NCBI GenBank assembly: GCA_041665485.1 | Contig: JBAYIT010000002.1 | Coordinates: forward strand, 5,867-69,866 | Source: Candidatus Shapirobacteria bacterium | Lineage (GTDB): Bacteria; Patescibacteriota; Microgenomatia; UBA12405 | DNA: 64,000 nt | Direction: 5' to 3' | In this document: positions 20,553-29,464 of the stretch, in pieces | Layout: the number at the start of each line of letters is the position of its first letter | How positions within the stretch are numbered: the first letter of the stretch is position 1 | Made by a program: the position numbers and the translations under genes | Notes under the pieces: generated by a model | Seen by the model: the letters and a program-made list of their open reading frames with translations, nothing else | Databases searched by the model: none | Told to the model about the DNA's origin: nothing

Positions 20553-21747
20553 ATAAATATAACCAATAAACTGAAGTCAAGCTTAGGAACAACTTTAAAC
20601 AGCTATCAAGCCAGTGCACGTTTACTTTATGTTTAACCAATATTTCAGAAATAAATGGCATATTAATTAAGTTGTTATTGATCGGCGTTAACAGCCCCCA
20701 ATATAGATATTTATCATCGAATAATAGTGTAATACCAACGAACAAAATCAATATCAATAAAAAATTCCTGTAACCTCCACGCAACACCAGTAGTATGGAT
20801 ATGAATGGCATAAACCATATTAACCATTGTGGGTTGAAGTTCGAAAAACCAAGTAGCATTAGATTAATGGTTACAAGCAAAATGCTCAATCCAACTAAAT
20901 TTATACCCATTTTATTTTTAATGGCAAACAAAGTTGTAACTGTTAGCAACGCCGGTACTAGGGGCACCATCGTTATTGATCCAATATTAATTACATTTTC
21001 AAACATTCTCATTGCTAAACCGGAACGCATGACATCATTTACAAAATAGTCATACTTGATAAACGGCAAAATTGTAATCGCATAAACAAAAAAGCCCAAT
21101 GCAAATAGTCCGATTTTTTTAAGCCAACTTTTTGTTGGGTAAACACCCGCCAATGCCAAAGTCCAAATTAGTGGAAAACTTTTTATACTAGAAGCCAACC
21201 CAAAAATCATAAAAGCAACTAAAGGCTTATCGTAATAAAAATAAAGGCCCAAAATAAAAGGGAAAATTGCCAGAATGTCATTCTGGCCCATTATGACACC
21301 GCTAAAAATCGTAATCGGATTTAAATACCAAATCAAAGTTGCTAGTTTGGCCTGGTTTTTTTTATATCCAGCTTTCAAAACTATCTTGTACACCAAAAAA
21401 CCAGTTAATAAAATCAATAACAATATCGGTGTTTTGCTGGCCAAATTATATAAAAAGATGTTCTCATCTAAAAAAGCAATATTGCTCCCCGTACCAAGCC
21501 AACCAACAATTTCTTTACCAGCTATTAATTTCACTAGCGGTAGCTCTGCTTTTACTATCCAGTAATTTGCTGGAGGGTAGTGAAACTTTGGTGCATTATC
21601 ATGATGTTCATCAAGATATTTATATATGTTCCAAACTTTCTCATTGCCCAATGTTGCGTAATACAAAACTAGTTTGGTGTCCGGATGATAGGTAATCGGA
21701 GCAATAAACAAATAAACTGTCAGGGTCAATAATATTATTTTTCGCAT
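20533..21747 (-). CDS. GT-C fold membrane glycosyltransferase (GT87/PIG-M-like, HxD type)
   Basis: YHPDT, HYPP, WYLNP, MGQND, KSFP, NPQW; paralog of 674..1912. Confidence 0.75.
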   Translation of the reverse strand: MRKIILLTLTVYLFIAPITYHPDTKLVLYYATLGNEKVWNIYKYLDEHHDNAPKFHYPPANYWIVKAELPLVKLIAGKEIVGWLGTGSNIAFLDENIFLYNLASKTPILLLILLTGFLVYKIVLKAGYKKNQAKLATLIWYLNPITIFSGVIMGQNDILAIFPFILGLYFYYDKPLVAFMIFGLASSIKSFPLIWTLALAGVYPTKSWLKKIGLFALGFFVYAITILPFIKYDYFVNDVMRSGLAMRMFENVINIGSITMVPLVPALLTVTTLFAIKNKMGINLVGLSILLVTINLMLLGFSNFNPQWLIWFMPFISILLVLRGGYRNFLLILILFVGITLLFDDKYLYWGLLTPINNNLINMPFISEILVKHKVNVHWLDSCLKLFLSLTSVYWLYLCAKFKK

Positions 21748-21749
21748 TT

Positions 21750-23396
21750 TTATTTTGTGGTAATTATTTTTGCCGTTTCATAAAGAATGTTTGACACCTT
21801 CATTTCAATTTTTGCCCCGTCAACTCTCAGTATTTCTTCATCGGTTATATCTGGTCTTGTCCAAAAGAGAGTATTTGTTAGCTTACTATCCACTGGCCAA
21901 TCAACCTTTCTAAACTCGTATTTATTAAAATTAAAGTTCAAATTCCCTTCTATTCCCGGCTTCGGTCTTAAATAAGCATAAGATTGAACCAACTCTGGTT
22001 TTATTTGGCCGTAAAAAAGGAAAAATATATAATTTTGGGCATGAGGTGAATCAATGATTACGTGGTGATAATCTTTAATTAAACCGGCAAAATACGGCAT
22101 CCCTTCCTTAAACCCCCCCGGCTGATACTCACCGTAATTTAAATAGGGGCTATATCTTAATTCGTTGTTTACGTTAAAGACCAAGGACACTCCTAATACC
22201 ATTGAAAACACAAATTTCCAGCCATATTTCAGTAATCTAGTTTTTATTTTACTGTCTATATAGTTAATGCTGACAACAATTCCTAAGCCAGATAGTATTT
22301 CCAAAGCTGGAAATATGTTTAACGATCTAAAGGGATGAAACCACGTCCACGTTGAAGCCGCCGGTGCAATTCCCGCCACCAACCAATAGATAATTATTCT
22401 CGTCGGCTTTGAGTTTTCAAATCTCTTGATTAAATAAACAACACCAAAAAGCACCATTATTCCCTCAATCCAACCCAACATGCTCATCCCTGGAATATAT
22501 TGGGGCGAACCTCTTACCCAATGAAAAATTCTGTTGTTTAGGTTAATGGGGGATATGTAGGCGCTAACGTTTCCCACCAATCTCCCAATTAGAAAATAAG
22601 CCATACTACCATTAATATCCAATAGTTCCTTCGGAGCATAAGGATAGAACTTATTAAACACGTTCTCCTGTCTGAATCTAGTCAGTACTAGTTGGCTATT
22701 GTTAGCGATTAATATTGGTAGGCAAATTACAACCAAAAGTGTCAGATAAAGCAATCTAGAAAATTTCAAACTAATTTTCTTTTTTTTAATCCAGCTTAAC
22801 GGGTCTAGTGCCCACAGAAGTAATAGCGCCGGCCCGGCAAGTCTAGCTGAGTGGTAAGAATAGGCGGATAAACCCAAAAACAGTACTGATAACAACACCC
22901 TGAATCTCGTCTTGGCCAAAATTAATAGCCATGTAGCTATTAAGAAAAAGCTGGCTGATAAGTTAGTCTCAAGAGCGTTTCTGGAAAAATGCAATCTCCA
23001 AGGTTGAAAAGCTATTAAAATGAATATCCCCAATAATAAATATTTATTTTTAATAAATATTTTTAACAACAGGAAACTAAATATTAGAGAAACAGTTCCG
23101 GCCACTGCCGAAGGTAAACGGACAGCCTGATCACTAACGCCAAAAATTTTATAAAAAGGAATGATCAAATATGCGTACAAAGCTGGTTTATAGTCATTAA
23201 ATGATCTTAATGTCAGAGGTAACTTGTTTCCACATTCATCCTTACCTGTTTCCATTAATGAATAGGCGTTGTATCCCAAAGCCGCTTCGTCAAAACCTAA
23301 AGATGGTGGAGATTTGTCCAGTCCCACAACCCTAACAAAAAAACCGGCCAAAATTACTAAAACCACAAGTATCGGCCAAATTATCTTCTTATTCAT
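21750..23396 (-). CDS. ArnT/PMT_2-like GT-C glycosyltransferase
   Basis: SLGFDEAALGYNAYSLMETGKDECG, DYKPALYAY, PWRLHFSRNALE, YHSAR. Confidence 0.85.
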   Translation of the reverse strand: MNKKIIWPILVVLVILAGFFVRVVGLDKSPPSLGFDEAALGYNAYSLMETGKDECGNKLPLTLRSFNDYKPALYAYLIIPFYKIFGVSDQAVRLPSAVAGTVSLIFSFLLLKIFIKNKYLLLGIFILIAFQPWRLHFSRNALETNLSASFFLIATWLLILAKTRFRVLLSVLFLGLSAYSYHSARLAGPALLLLWALDPLSWIKKKKISLKFSRLLYLTLLVVICLPILIANNSQLVLTRFRQENVFNKFYPYAPKELLDINGSMAYFLIGRLVGNVSAYISPINLNNRIFHWVRGSPQYIPGMSMLGWIEGIMVLFGVVYLIKRFENSKPTRIIIYWLVAGIAPAASTWTWFHPFRSLNIFPALEILSGLGIVVSINYIDSKIKTRLLKYGWKFVFSMVLGVSLVFNVNNELRYSPYLNYGEYQPGGFKEGMPYFAGLIKDYHHVIIDSPHAQNYIFFLFYGQIKPELVQSYAYLRPKPGIEGNLNFNFNKYEFRKVDWPVDSKLTNTLFWTRPDITDEEILRVDGAKIEMKVSNILYETAKIITTK

Positions 23397-24655
23397 TCTA
23401 TCTCAGCCAAACCAATATCTTCACCAAACCGAAATGCTACAGAATCCCTGACACTGCTCTTTGCTAGTATCTTTATACCAGTTTCTTGAACCTTATCTAC
23501 CCAATTGTTTGGAAAACGATTATCCTCTCGGCTACCCGCAAATTCACCCACAAAACCAGCCAATAATGTATTTTTCTCTATCTCATCTTTAGGAACCTCA
23601 AAACTTTCAAAAATAAAATTATATTTTTTGCACTTTTCACCAAGGTAATAAAAGCAATAACCTTTACCATTTCCCACCCGGCCACTAACTCTAATGGTTT
23701 TATATTTACTTAAGTCAAGTTTATCAATATTTTCAAACCAAAACTGATAAACCAATGGTCGATTGTCAAACCAGTACTCGCTTCTCCTACTAAGATTGCT
23801 GGCGTTAATCAGAATCCCGTATACGATCAATAAACTCAAAGGTATGGCAATGTATTTCGATATATTTACCAACCCAGTAGCCAATATTAGAGAAATAGGC
23901 CACATGGCGCCAATCAATCTTAAATTAGTTGGACCGGAACTGAAAACAAAGCCTAACCAAACTATCAATCCGCTAATCAATAAAAAATGGTTAATTTCTT
24001 TGTTTTTTTGTTTGGTCAAATAATACAAACCAAGAACTAATAAGAATATTTCCGTCCAATAAAACATAACTATCGATTTTTGTTCAGTTGGGTTTATCTC
24101 TCCAAAAAATAGGCTTTCTAGATCAAAAAAAGGTAATGTCTCTGTCACAATCTCTTTGTAATCAAAAAATATTTTATTGCCCGATAATCTCCTAAACCAA
24201 AGAGGTGTTTCTATTTTTTCTCTCAAACTGTCTTCAGCATAAAAATGGTTATTTACCTTTTCCTGAATCTCCTCAAAACCAATTTTTGACAATACGGTCG
24301 GATGATTTCCAATCAGCAGGACGTTTAATATTGGTAAAACAATTACCCCAATATAAAAAAATCTATAGTTCAAATTAAGAACCAAACTTAAACAAAATAG
24401 CATCAACGCAGTTAGAGGATAAGCCAGTGCGACAACCCAAAGTGTCGGCGAAATTATCAGCAAACAAACAGTCACCAGTGCCACTATCCGGCTAGTTCTA
24501 GCAGCAATAGTTTTTGCCAACAAGAACAAAGAAAAAGCTAGTAACAAGGTTGCAACAACTCTCAAAACGATCAACCAATTTTCTCCATATAGCCCAACCC
24601 ATCCCATGATCTTTACTTGTTCCTCTGTTGGTGGATAGGCCAATATGTTAAACAT
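23393..24655 (-). CDS. Degenerate ArnT-like membrane protein lacking TM1 and the DE / GxDxxG loop
   Basis: C-terminal two-thirds resembles the family (RRLSGNK, FFDLESLFFGE, LLVLGLYYL, R...PISLILATG); the N-terminus is short and lacks the motifs. Confidence 0.6.
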   Translation of the reverse strand: MFNILAYPPTEEQVKIMGWVGLYGENWLIVLRVVATLLLAFSLFLLAKTIAARTSRIVALVTVCLLIISPTLWVVALAYPLTALMLFCLSLVLNLNYRFFYIGVIVLPILNVLLIGNHPTVLSKIGFEEIQEKVNNHFYAEDSLREKIETPLWFRRLSGNKIFFDYKEIVTETLPFFDLESLFFGEINPTEQKSIVMFYWTEIFLLVLGLYYLTKQKNKEINHFLLISGLIVWLGFVFSSGPTNLRLIGAMWPISLILATGLVNISKYIAIPLSLLIVYGILINASNLSRRSEYWFDNRPLVYQFWFENIDKLDLSKYKTIRVSGRVGNGKGYCFYYLGEKCKKYNFIFESFEVPKDEIEKNTLLAGFVGEFAGSREDNRFPNNWVDKVQETGIKILAKSSVRDSVAFRFGEDIGLAEIE

Positions 24656-24662
24656 CTTACAC

Positions 24663-24700
24663 AGTATAAAACAACTTAGGACTCAATTTTGGTATAAAAT
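24663..24700. promoter_or_regulatory. Divergent promoter region: TATACT on the minus strand (24663-24668) and TGGTATAAAAT on the plus strand (24690-24700)
   Basis: The minus-strand -10 is 7 nt before ATG 24655; the plus-strand element ends 12 nt before ATG 24713. Confidence 0.5.
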
Positions 24701-24712
24701 ATATAAGTTCCA

Positions 24713-26377
24713 ATGAAATTCAAGCTTATTCTAACATTCTTTACTCTTCTTATTGGCCTGCTTTTAGGTTACACCCGCTTTACTAATCTCAATTCTCTCC
24801 CCCCATCCCTTTTTTCCGACGAAGTCGACGCCCAATACCAAGCTTTTGTCTTTAATCACCTTAAAACCGATTACTTTGGCAACCGTTTCCCCGTCCATTT
24901 CCATTCTTTCGCCGATTGGCGTACCCCGCTTACTATCTACGTTACCGCTCTTATTCAATCAGCATTCCCCGATTTTACCGATATTTCCGTCAGATTGTCT
25001 TCGGCTATTTTTGGTATTGGCTTTGTTCTTGTCATGTCATTTTTTATCTATAAAGCCGTTTCTCCTATTTCCGGAGTAGTCTCCTTTCTTTTTCTTAGCT
25101 TCTCTCCCTGGTTAATCCACTATAGCCGAACTGGCTTTGAGGCCACCGGCATGCTTTTTTGTCTAAGTCTTAATTTACTATTTTTTTACTACTACACAAA
25201 AAAACATCGTCTCCTTTTCTTAACTTTTTCGATCGTTTTTTTAATTCTTTCTACCTACTTTTACAGTACTGCTAAGCTTTTTGCCGTTTTTATCATTGTT
25301 TCGGAGTTCTTTTTTTGGCGCTCCGATATTATTAAAATCAAAACCAGAGATATGTTCAAGGTTCTTATCATCTCTCTTATTGTTGCTCTACCGCTTATTC
25401 GAGACACCCTACTAAACCGCACCGGCTTCCGTTTCTCTTACATTAGTATTTTTTCTAATCCCCAAATAAGCAAAGAAGTAGATTTTTCCCGTTATCAGGA
25501 TATCCTCATCGACCACCCCCAAGAAATCGGTGTAGTCACCCCCTTCTCCTCTAAGATATTTCATAATCGCCTCCAATATCTCTGGCAAAATTTTTATCAA
25601 AACTACATCTCCTCTTTTTCCACCGATTTTCTTCTCCTAAAAGGGGACACCAATCTTCGTCAAGGCTTTGCTGATACCAGCCTCCTTTATCCTCTAGACC
25701 TAATCCTTTTACTTTTGGGAATTTATATTTCTTTTCGAAAATCCAAAAATAATTTAAACAAGTTTTTTCTTATTCTGCTTCTACTTTCTCCCATCCCTTT
25801 TTCTCTTACCCGTGACTCCCTCGGGCCCCACGCCACCCGTTTAATTCTTTTTTTACTTCCCTTTACCTATTTTATTTCCCAAGTCGGTCTTGTAATTAAC
25901 AAACGGCTTTTAATTCCTCTTACTGCCATTTATTTTATCTTTTTTCTAAATTTCTGGCATTACTATTCCCTTCATTATCCTCAAATTTCGGCTAGATTCT
26001 GGCACACTGGCATTAAAGAAACCGTTCTCCAAGTCGGTCTTTACCCCAACACCGATATCTACTTTAGTAATAATCCCGAGCCAATTCTCCCTTTCTTTTT
26101 ATTTTATTCCCGGTATCTTCCCCAAAATACTTCTATTACCCAAAATATAAAAAATATCTCTACTGATTTTTTTGATGGCGCCCGTCTTGGAGAACACTAC
26201 TATTTTGGCCATCTTAATTGGTCAAGTCCGCCGCCATCAGGATTGGTTGTTACTACCCAGGAAGAAGTTAAAAACAACTTCGATTTTGCCACTAATTATA
26301 AAATAATTCTAACTTTTGATAAAAAATACATCGAAGAGCCAACCTATCTTCTTGCCAAACCCATTAATGAAAACTAA
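24713..26377 (+). CDS. ArnT/PMT_2-like GT-C glycosyltransferase
   Basis: SLFSDEVDAQYQA...DYFG, HSFADWRTP, PWLIHYSRTGFE, WHTGIKE; closest paralog of 18403..19980. Confidence 0.85.
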   Translation: MKFKLILTFFTLLIGLLLGYTRFTNLNSLPPSLFSDEVDAQYQAFVFNHLKTDYFGNRFPVHFHSFADWRTPLTIYVTALIQSAFPDFTDISVRLSSAIFGIGFVLVMSFFIYKAVSPISGVVSFLFLSFSPWLIHYSRTGFEATGMLFCLSLNLLFFYYYTKKHRLLFLTFSIVFLILSTYFYSTAKLFAVFIIVSEFFFWRSDIIKIKTRDMFKVLIISLIVALPLIRDTLLNRTGFRFSYISIFSNPQISKEVDFSRYQDILIDHPQEIGVVTPFSSKIFHNRLQYLWQNFYQNYISSFSTDFLLLKGDTNLRQGFADTSLLYPLDLILLLLGIYISFRKSKNNLNKFFLILLLLSPIPFSLTRDSLGPHATRLILFLLPFTYFISQVGLVINKRLLIPLTAIYFIFFLNFWHYYSLHYPQISARFWHTGIKETVLQVGLYPNTDIYFSNNPEPILPFFLFYSRYLPQNTSITQNIKNISTDFFDGARLGEHYYFGHLNWSSPPPSGLVVTTQEEVKNNFDFATNYKIILTFDKKYIEEPTYLLAKPINEN

Positions 26378-27872
26378 ACGTCGGCTTATCCCAATCGTCT
26401 TAATAATCTGCCTCTCTCTTCTCTCCGTTTACCGGTTGTTGCGTCCTGGTTTTCTTTCTCTTCAAGACGATATGCATGTTTTTCGCTTACAGGAATTCCA
26501 CCAGTGTCTTATTGACGGCCAAATTCCCTGCCGTTATTCCACTACTGCCTCTTTCAATTACGGCTCACCCATTTTTAATTTCTACCCACCTCTTTCCTAT
26601 ATTATTCCCGAATTATTTCATCTTCTTGGTTTTTCTCTTGCCGACAGCATTAAACTCCTTCTCATTTTTTCTGCTGTTATCCGTGGTTTAGGCATGTACT
26701 TTCTTGCCGGTCCAGTTGCTGCCATTCTTTATATTTTCGCCCCTTACCAAGCCCTAAACACCTTTGTTCGTGGCGCTATTGCCGAAAACCTAGCCCTAAG
26801 CCTTCTGCCTTGGCTAATTCTGAGTTTAAAATATAAAAGATTTGCTTCCGCCACTCTCTTTTCAACTCTGCTCCTATTAACTCATCAACTTTCTATCATC
26901 GCCTTTCTGCCAATAATTGCCGGATTTTGCCTAATCGAAAAAATATCTTTTAAAAAATTAATAACTATTTCAACTCTTTCTCTTGGTCTTTCTTCGTTTT
27001 TTTTATTGCCCTCTATTTTCGAAAGGGGATTCACTACTAATAGCACTATGTTTACCGACTATTTTGATTATCATCTCCACTTTGTCAGTCTTTATCAAAT
27101 TTTTATCTCTCGCTTTTGGGGTTATGGTGCTTCCAATTGGGGAATAGGCGATGGCATGGGTTTTACTATTGGCCAAATTCAATTTATCATCCCATTTTTA
27201 CTTTTTTTATTTTCTCCAAAAAAGATTAAACTCAAAATTATCCCCTTACTTGGTCTTGCTCTTTTCTTTCTTTTCCTCACTCACCAACGTTCTACTTTTA
27301 TTTGGCAAGCCATACCTTTTTTGGCCTTTTTCCAATTTCCCTGGCGTTTTATTGGTCCAGCCGTTTTTCTGTTCTCTTATGCTTCAGGTTTAATCAAAAT
27401 TAATCGGTTGTTTATCATCCTCATTGCCGTCTTGGCCATCACCTCCAATATAAATTTCTTTCATGAAGACTTGTGGTATAAAAATCCAGATTTTCTCACT
27501 CAAAAATCAGAATCAGGTTTTCGTGATTTTTGGCCAAAATCCGGTAATCAATTTCCAGACAAACCCGCTCCTGCCACCACTGATGTTTCTAATTTCTCCA
27601 AAACCTCAAACCAAATAAATTTCACCTCCAATTTTGACAAGCCAACACTTACCGAATTGCCCTTAGTCTATTTTCCCGGCTGGAAAGCCACCATCAACCT
27701 TAGGCCCGCTAGTATTATCGTCAACCCTGATCTTGGCCAGATAAACCTTGATATTCCTGCCGGTAAAAACCAAATAAATTTAACTTTTGCCGATACTCCA
27801 ATTAGAAAAGCAGGTAACATTATTTCTTTGGGAACACTAGTTATTATATTAATAACCCTCCTACCACTATGA
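26367..27872 (+). CDS. YfhO/PTPS-related-domain membrane protein, putative GT-C glycosyltransferase
   Basis: QDDMH, DGQIPCRY, YGSPIFNFYPPL, RGAIAE, QFPWRF, YFPGW; paralog of 1899..3581. Confidence 0.75.
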   Translation: MKTKRRLIPIVLIICLSLLSVYRLLRPGFLSLQDDMHVFRLQEFHQCLIDGQIPCRYSTTASFNYGSPIFNFYPPLSYIIPELFHLLGFSLADSIKLLLIFSAVIRGLGMYFLAGPVAAILYIFAPYQALNTFVRGAIAENLALSLLPWLILSLKYKRFASATLFSTLLLLTHQLSIIAFLPIIAGFCLIEKISFKKLITISTLSLGLSSFFLLPSIFERGFTTNSTMFTDYFDYHLHFVSLYQIFISRFWGYGASNWGIGDGMGFTIGQIQFIIPFLLFLFSPKKIKLKIIPLLGLALFFLFLTHQRSTFIWQAIPFLAFFQFPWRFIGPAVFLFSYASGLIKINRLFIILIAVLAITSNINFFHEDLWYKNPDFLTQKSESGFRDFWPKSGNQFPDKPAPATTDVSNFSKTSNQINFTSNFDKPTLTELPLVYFPGWKATINLRPASIIVNPDLGQINLDIPAGKNQINLTFADTPIRKAGNIISLGTLVIILITLLPL

Positions 27873-29464
27873 AAAAGTGGCCAAAATTTCTATTTGTCGT
27901 TATTCTTCTTCTATCCGCGTTTATCCGCTTCTATCAGTTAGATCATTTCCCTCCCAGCCCCAATTGGGACGAAGTTAGTCACGGTGTTAATGCTCAAAGT
28001 ATCTTAGAAACGGGAGCCGATCAATGGGGCCAAAAATTTCCTCTCTTCAATTTTCGTGCTTACGGCGATTATCCAACTGTCGCCAACATGTATTTCACTA
28101 TCCCTTTTATTAAAATCCTTGGTCTCAACACTTTATCTATTAGATTACCTTCGGCCATCTTTGGTTTTCTTTTCGTTCCTTTAATTTTCTTTTTATGTCA
28201 GATTTTGTTTGGCCAAACCAGAATCTCTCTCATCGCGATGTTTATTACTGCCATTGCCCCTTGGTCCTTTTTCCCTTCCCGCGCTGTTTTTCAATCAACT
28301 ACCGCCATTACTTTTCTTATCGCCGCCATTACTTTCTTTTTTTATTTTTATTATCATCATAAATCTTATCTCATATTTCTTAGTTCTCTCTTCTTAGGCT
28401 TATCCATGTACGCCTACCACAACACCAGGCTAATCGCCCCTTTGATCTTTGTCTATCTTTTTTGGTCAATCAAAAAATCATTTAAAAAAGTAGTTTTCCC
28501 TATCCTGTTATTTTTATTTTTTGCCGTCCCTTCTTTAATTAATCTTCTTTCTCCTGAATCCCGGGCCCGTGGTTATTGGGTTTCTTTAATTAACCCCAGT
28601 GCCATCAATTTAATCAACGAACAACGTCGGCTTTATGAAGGCCCACCAATTCTAAATTTGATCCTTCACAATAAAGTTACTTACGCCGTCCCTCAAATTA
28701 CCCTTAATTTCTTGAATTTTTTCAACCCCATTCCTTTATTTTTTACTGGTACCGGCCAATATCAATTCAATGTTGCCGGAAAGGGTCTCCTCTTTCCCGT
28801 TTGGCTTCCGTTTTTCTATCTTGGATTGTTATCTCTTTGGCGTCATCGCCAAAAACCATCTTATCGGTTTTTAATCTTTTGGCTTATTGTCGGCTTATTT
28901 CCTGCCATTATTACCTCCGGTGATTTTGCTTCCATCCGCGCCACCACTGCCATGCCTGTTTACCTTATTCTCACTGCCCTAGGCATCAATCAGTTTCTTT
29001 CCTCCCTTCCAATAATTCTTATCATTATTGCTTCACTTTTATCTTTTTCTAATTATCTTTATCTTTACATCACCTCTTACGCTCAAAATTACTCCCAATC
29101 TTGGCAATTTGGCTACCAAGAAGCCATAGAAATCATCAAACCCATCTACTCTAAGTACGACCATATCTATTTTACTAAAAAATACGGCGAACCCCATGAA
29201 TTCATTCTCTTCTTTTGGCCTTGGAGTCTCAAAAGCTTTCAGAATGATCCTAATTTAGGTTGGGACTATCATGCTTATTGGTATTGGGTCAACTCCTTTG
29301 ATAAATTTATATTCCTCAATGATTGGGAGATAACCAAATATTCTTTCCCCCCCAATAGTCTTTTGGTAACCTCTCCCCAAAATTATTCTGGCAAACCGGT
29401 TAAAATATCAGCAGTTAAGTTTCTTGATCAGTCGGTCGCTTTTGACATTGTCGGCTATGAATAA
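27869..29464 (+). CDS. ArnT/PMT_2-like GT-C glycosyltransferase
   Basis: SPNWDEVSHGVNAQSILETGADQWG, YGDYP, YHNTR, WQFGYQE. Confidence 0.85.
   Translation: MKKWPKFLFVVILLLSAFIRFYQLDHFPPSPNWDEVSHGVNAQSILETGADQWGQKFPLFNFRAYGDYPTVANMYFTIPFIKILGLNTLSIRLPSAIFGFLFVPLIFFLCQILFGQTRISLIAMFITAIAPWSFFPSRAVFQSTTAITFLIAAITFFFYFYYHHKSYLIFLSSLFLGLSMYAYHNTRLIAPLIFVYLFWSIKKSFKKVVFPILLFLFFAVPSLINLLSPESRARGYWVSLINPSAINLINEQRRLYEGPPILNLILHNKVTYAVPQITLNFLNFFNPIPLFFTGTGQYQFNVAGKGLLFPVWLPFFYLGLLSLWRHRQKPSYRFLIFWLIVGLFPAIITSGDFASIRATTAMPVYLILTALGINQFLSSLPIILIIIASLLSFSNYLYLYITSYAQNYSQSWQFGYQEAIEIIKPIYSKYDHIYFTKKYGEPHEFILFFWPWSLKSFQNDPNLGWDYHAYWYWVNSFDKFIFLNDWEITKYSFPPNSLLVTSPQNYSGKPVKISAVKFLDQSVAFDIVGYE
28357..28384 (+). 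repeat. Degenerate intragenic heptamer array
   Basis: TCATAAA TCTTATC TCATATT TCTTAGT; same unit family as 31582..31630. Confidence 0.45.
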
